In this document: one piece after another, positions 24,038 to 25,712 of the stretch
Layout of the letters: each line of letters opens with the position of its first letter
Numbering within the stretch: position 1 is the first letter of the stretch
From: a virus
Lineage: Duplodnaviria; Caudoviricetes
Direction: 5' to 3' (one strand)
IMG/VR virus record: IMGVR_UViG_3300031758_000509
Coordinates: 1-25,712 of that record
Length of the DNA: 25,712 nt
Made by a program: the position numbers and the translations under genes
Notes under the pieces: generated by a model
The model's input: only the letters and a program-made list of their open reading frames with translations
Told to the model about the DNA's origin: nothing
Database searches by the model: none

Positions 24038-24089
24038 TACCCCACGAGGAGGGAAGACAGCCCTCCCGAAGTTCTAGGGGGTAAAGAAA

Positions 24090-24284
24090 ATGAAGAAGGC
24101 AACAAAGAGCCAAGTGTTCTGCGCTGATTGTGGCGTCAGACTCTCAGACTCAATCTACCCGCCAGCACTCAGTCGCAGAAGCCGACGCGATCTGCCAAAC
24201 GGATCGTTGAAGCGCAAGAAGTATGTCTGCCACGGGTGCAGCGTGATGCAAGCAATGGAATCACTTGAATGGACGGTGCGCTGA
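24090..24284 (+). CDS. Small basic Zn-ribbon protein
   Basis: CADC...CHGC; first ORF after the promoter. Confidence 0.65.
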   Translation: MKKATKSQVFCADCGVRLSDSIYPPALSRRSRRDLPNGSLKRKKYVCHGCSVMQAMESLEWTVR

Positions 24285-24370
24285 TGAGGACGATGATCTT
24301 GGACGCACTCGCACTCGCAGCGTTCATCGCGTCAATGATTCTGCTCTTGGCAGTGGGGTCAATGCGATGA
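24284..24370 (+). CDS. 28-aa single-TM microprotein, not in ORF track
   Basis: MRTMILDALALAAFIASMILLLAVGSMR; TGATG coupling upstream and ATGA coupling downstream. Confidence 0.65.
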   Translation: MRTMILDALALAAFIASMILLLAVGSMR

Positions 24371-24534
24371 ACGAGAAACTCAATCTTGACGATCTGTTCG
24401 TCGTCATCGGACAGGATGACGAAGTGAACGCGAAGGTGAAGAAGGCACTCGTCGCAAAGATTGCAGACGAATGGGAAGGGCCGTACAAGCCCAAGCCCGC
24501 GAAGCGCCGAAAGGCGAAGAAGGAGGCAAAGTGA
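24367..24534 (+). CDS. Hypothetical protein with basic tail
   Basis: Starts MNEKLNLDD at the ATGA overlap; ends KKEAK at a GTGA overlap. Confidence 0.65.
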   Translation: MNEKLNLDDLFVVIGQDDEVNAKVKKALVAKIADEWEGPYKPKPAKRRKAKKEAK

Positions 24535-24689
24535 AACTCAATCGCAGAACCCAGCCGCTGGTTTACAGGCGAGTGCCTATCCGCACGACACTGCTCGATG
24601 AGCAGCGACGCAGCGATCAGCAGCTTGACATCGCCATTGGCATTCTCGGCGCGATTCTGGTGGTGATGATGTTCGTGGTGGCTGGCTGA
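24531..24689 (+). CDS. Small protein with C-terminal TM
   Basis: AAGGAGG SD plus GTG; C-terminal IAIGILGAILVVMMFVVAG. Confidence 0.7.
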   Translation: MKLNRRTQPLVYRRVPIRTTLLDEQRRSDQQLDIAIGILGAILVVMMFVVAG

Positions 24690-24880
24690 TGCCGGTGTAC
24701 GAATACCGCTGCGGCGATTGCGGGGCGCGTGAGGAGCACACGCATTCAATCAAGGAGATCTACAACCCGAGGTGCGCCAAGTGTGGGCGCTGGATGCGGA
24801 TGGTCTACACGCCCGCTGCATCGGTGTTCATCGGCGAGGGCTGGGCAAAGAAAGATCGGCAGAAGAAGGAGGCAAAGTGA
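24689..24880 (+). CDS. FmdB-family zinc-ribbon protein
   Basis: MPVYEYRCGDCG...PRCAKCG..M...Y......F.G.GW...D matches the family signature. Confidence 0.88.
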   Translation: MPVYEYRCGDCGAREEHTHSIKEIYNPRCAKCGRWMRMVYTPAASVFIGEGWAKKDRQKKEAK

Positions 24881-25712
24881 GCAAGAGGTTTGAGTTCGTG
24901 AAGGCAGAGCAGCGCAGCCCTGAGTGGTTCGCGCTTAGGCACGACGGCATCACGGCGACGGAGGCGGCGGTCATCGCCGGTCTCTCGCCGTACAAAACTC
25001 CCTATCAACTGTGGGCAGAGAAACGCGGAGCCTATACGCCTGATCCAGTCGGGCCAGCCGCCGTGCGCGGCATCCTGCTCGAGAGCACGGTCGCGGAGTT
25101 CTACGAGATGGAGACAGGTCGTGAGCTGCGACGAAGCAACGGCATCGTGAGGATCAAGGACATCCCGTGGGTGATGGCATCGCTGGATCGCACCATCGTC
25201 GGCGAGGAGGGGCTGGTTGAGATCAAGACGAGCACCTCGCCGCGCTGGAGCCTGTATCCCGTACCGCCCGAGGTAGAAGCCCAAGTGCAGTGGCAGATGT
25301 TCGTGACGGGCGCACCGTGGGTGGATGTGGCAGCCCTCTTGGGCGGCCTCGTCTTCCGCATTGAGCGCGTGGTTGAGGACTTTGAGTTCCAGACGCGGCT
25401 CTACCAAAAGGCAATCGCATTCAGGGATTGCGTGATGAACGGCACGCCACCGGCGCTGCAAGGCGAGGACTCGGACGCGCTGGCTGCGGTCATCCCGTGG
25501 TCGGGCACCGATGAGTTCGCGCAGGCGAACGATGGCATCGAGCGCGTGGCTGCGCTCTACGCCGAGAAGCAGTACGAGTCCAAGCTGCTGGATCAGGAGT
25601 TGCAGAATCTCGCGATCTCACTCAAGGAGGCGATTGGCGAGAAGGCAGGCGTCTACGGCGAGGGCTGGCAGGCGACTTGGAAGCAGAACAAGCCGACCGT
25701 CAAGACGGATTG
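24877..25712 (+). CDS. YqaJ/lambda-exonuclease-family recombination nuclease (3' truncated), not in ORF track
   Basis: GTG 24877 after AAGGAGG. QRSPEWFALR..GITATE, SPYKTPYQLWAEK, G..LE, ASLDR, LVEIKT, QVQWQM. Open to the window end. Confidence 0.92.
   Translation, partial: MSKRFEFVKAEQRSPEWFALRHDGITATEAAVIAGLSPYKTPYQLWAEKRGAYTPDPVGPAAVRGILLESTVAEFYEMETGRELRRSNGIVRIKDIPWVMASLDRTIVGEEGLVEIKTSTSPRWSLYPVPPEVEAQVQWQMFVTGAPWVDVAALLGGLVFRIERVVEDFEFQTRLYQKAIAFRDCVMNGTPPALQGEDSDALAAVIPWSGTDEFAQANDGIERVAALYAEKQYESKLLDQELQNLAISLKEAIGEKAGVYGEGWQATWKQNKPTVKTD

Larger units (their letters stand above)
24516..24880 (+). repeat. 19-bp exact direct repeat GAAGAAGGAGGCAAAGTGA at 24516-24534 and 24862-24880
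   Basis: Read directly from sequence. Each copy contains an SD and a GTGA start/stop junction. Confidence 0.9.

Noticed and set aside
828-25461. Many long minus-strand and alternative-frame ORFs in the track (e.g. 2292-3050, 15475-16254, 22928-23698, 24805-25461)
   Set aside because: Shadows of high-GC + strand genes. No recognisable motifs or SDs, and the + strand is already tiled by coupled genes.

Overview
Left arm of a tailed dsDNA phage (HK97-type head, non-contractile siphovirus-like tail, GC roughly 60-65% by eye). Real genes lie on the + strand and are tightly translationally coupled. Gene order: terS, terL, small membrane protein, portal, three small putative structural genes, a 629-aa multidomain prohead protease, major capsid protein, a GT4/GT2/nucleotidyltransferase cassette, neck genes, tail tube, tail assembly chaperone with a -1 frameshift, a short tape measure, tail tip and fibre genes, an extended lysis region (secreted EPTP-repeat protein, 2-TM protein, C39-like peptidase, holin), a Zn-protein/metallophosphoesterase/Zn-finger trio, a hairpin-rich intergenic region with a sigma70-type promoter, small early genes and a truncated YqaJ exonuclease. 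Most notable: (1) the prohead protease carries four N-terminal modules, including a HiPIP-like 4-Cys domain, each ending in the R|A motif also seen at the predicted capsid maturation site, plus an internal SD/ATG; this suggests a self-processing polyprotein that delivers cargo into the capsid; (2) a sugar-activation and transfer cassette inside the head operon, a candidate for virion glycosylation; (3) strong avoidance of palindromic 4-6-mers (no CATG or AATT found by manual scan); (4) a secreted mucin-like protein plus 2-TM partner in the lysis module. All family assignments come from motif recognition, not database searches.
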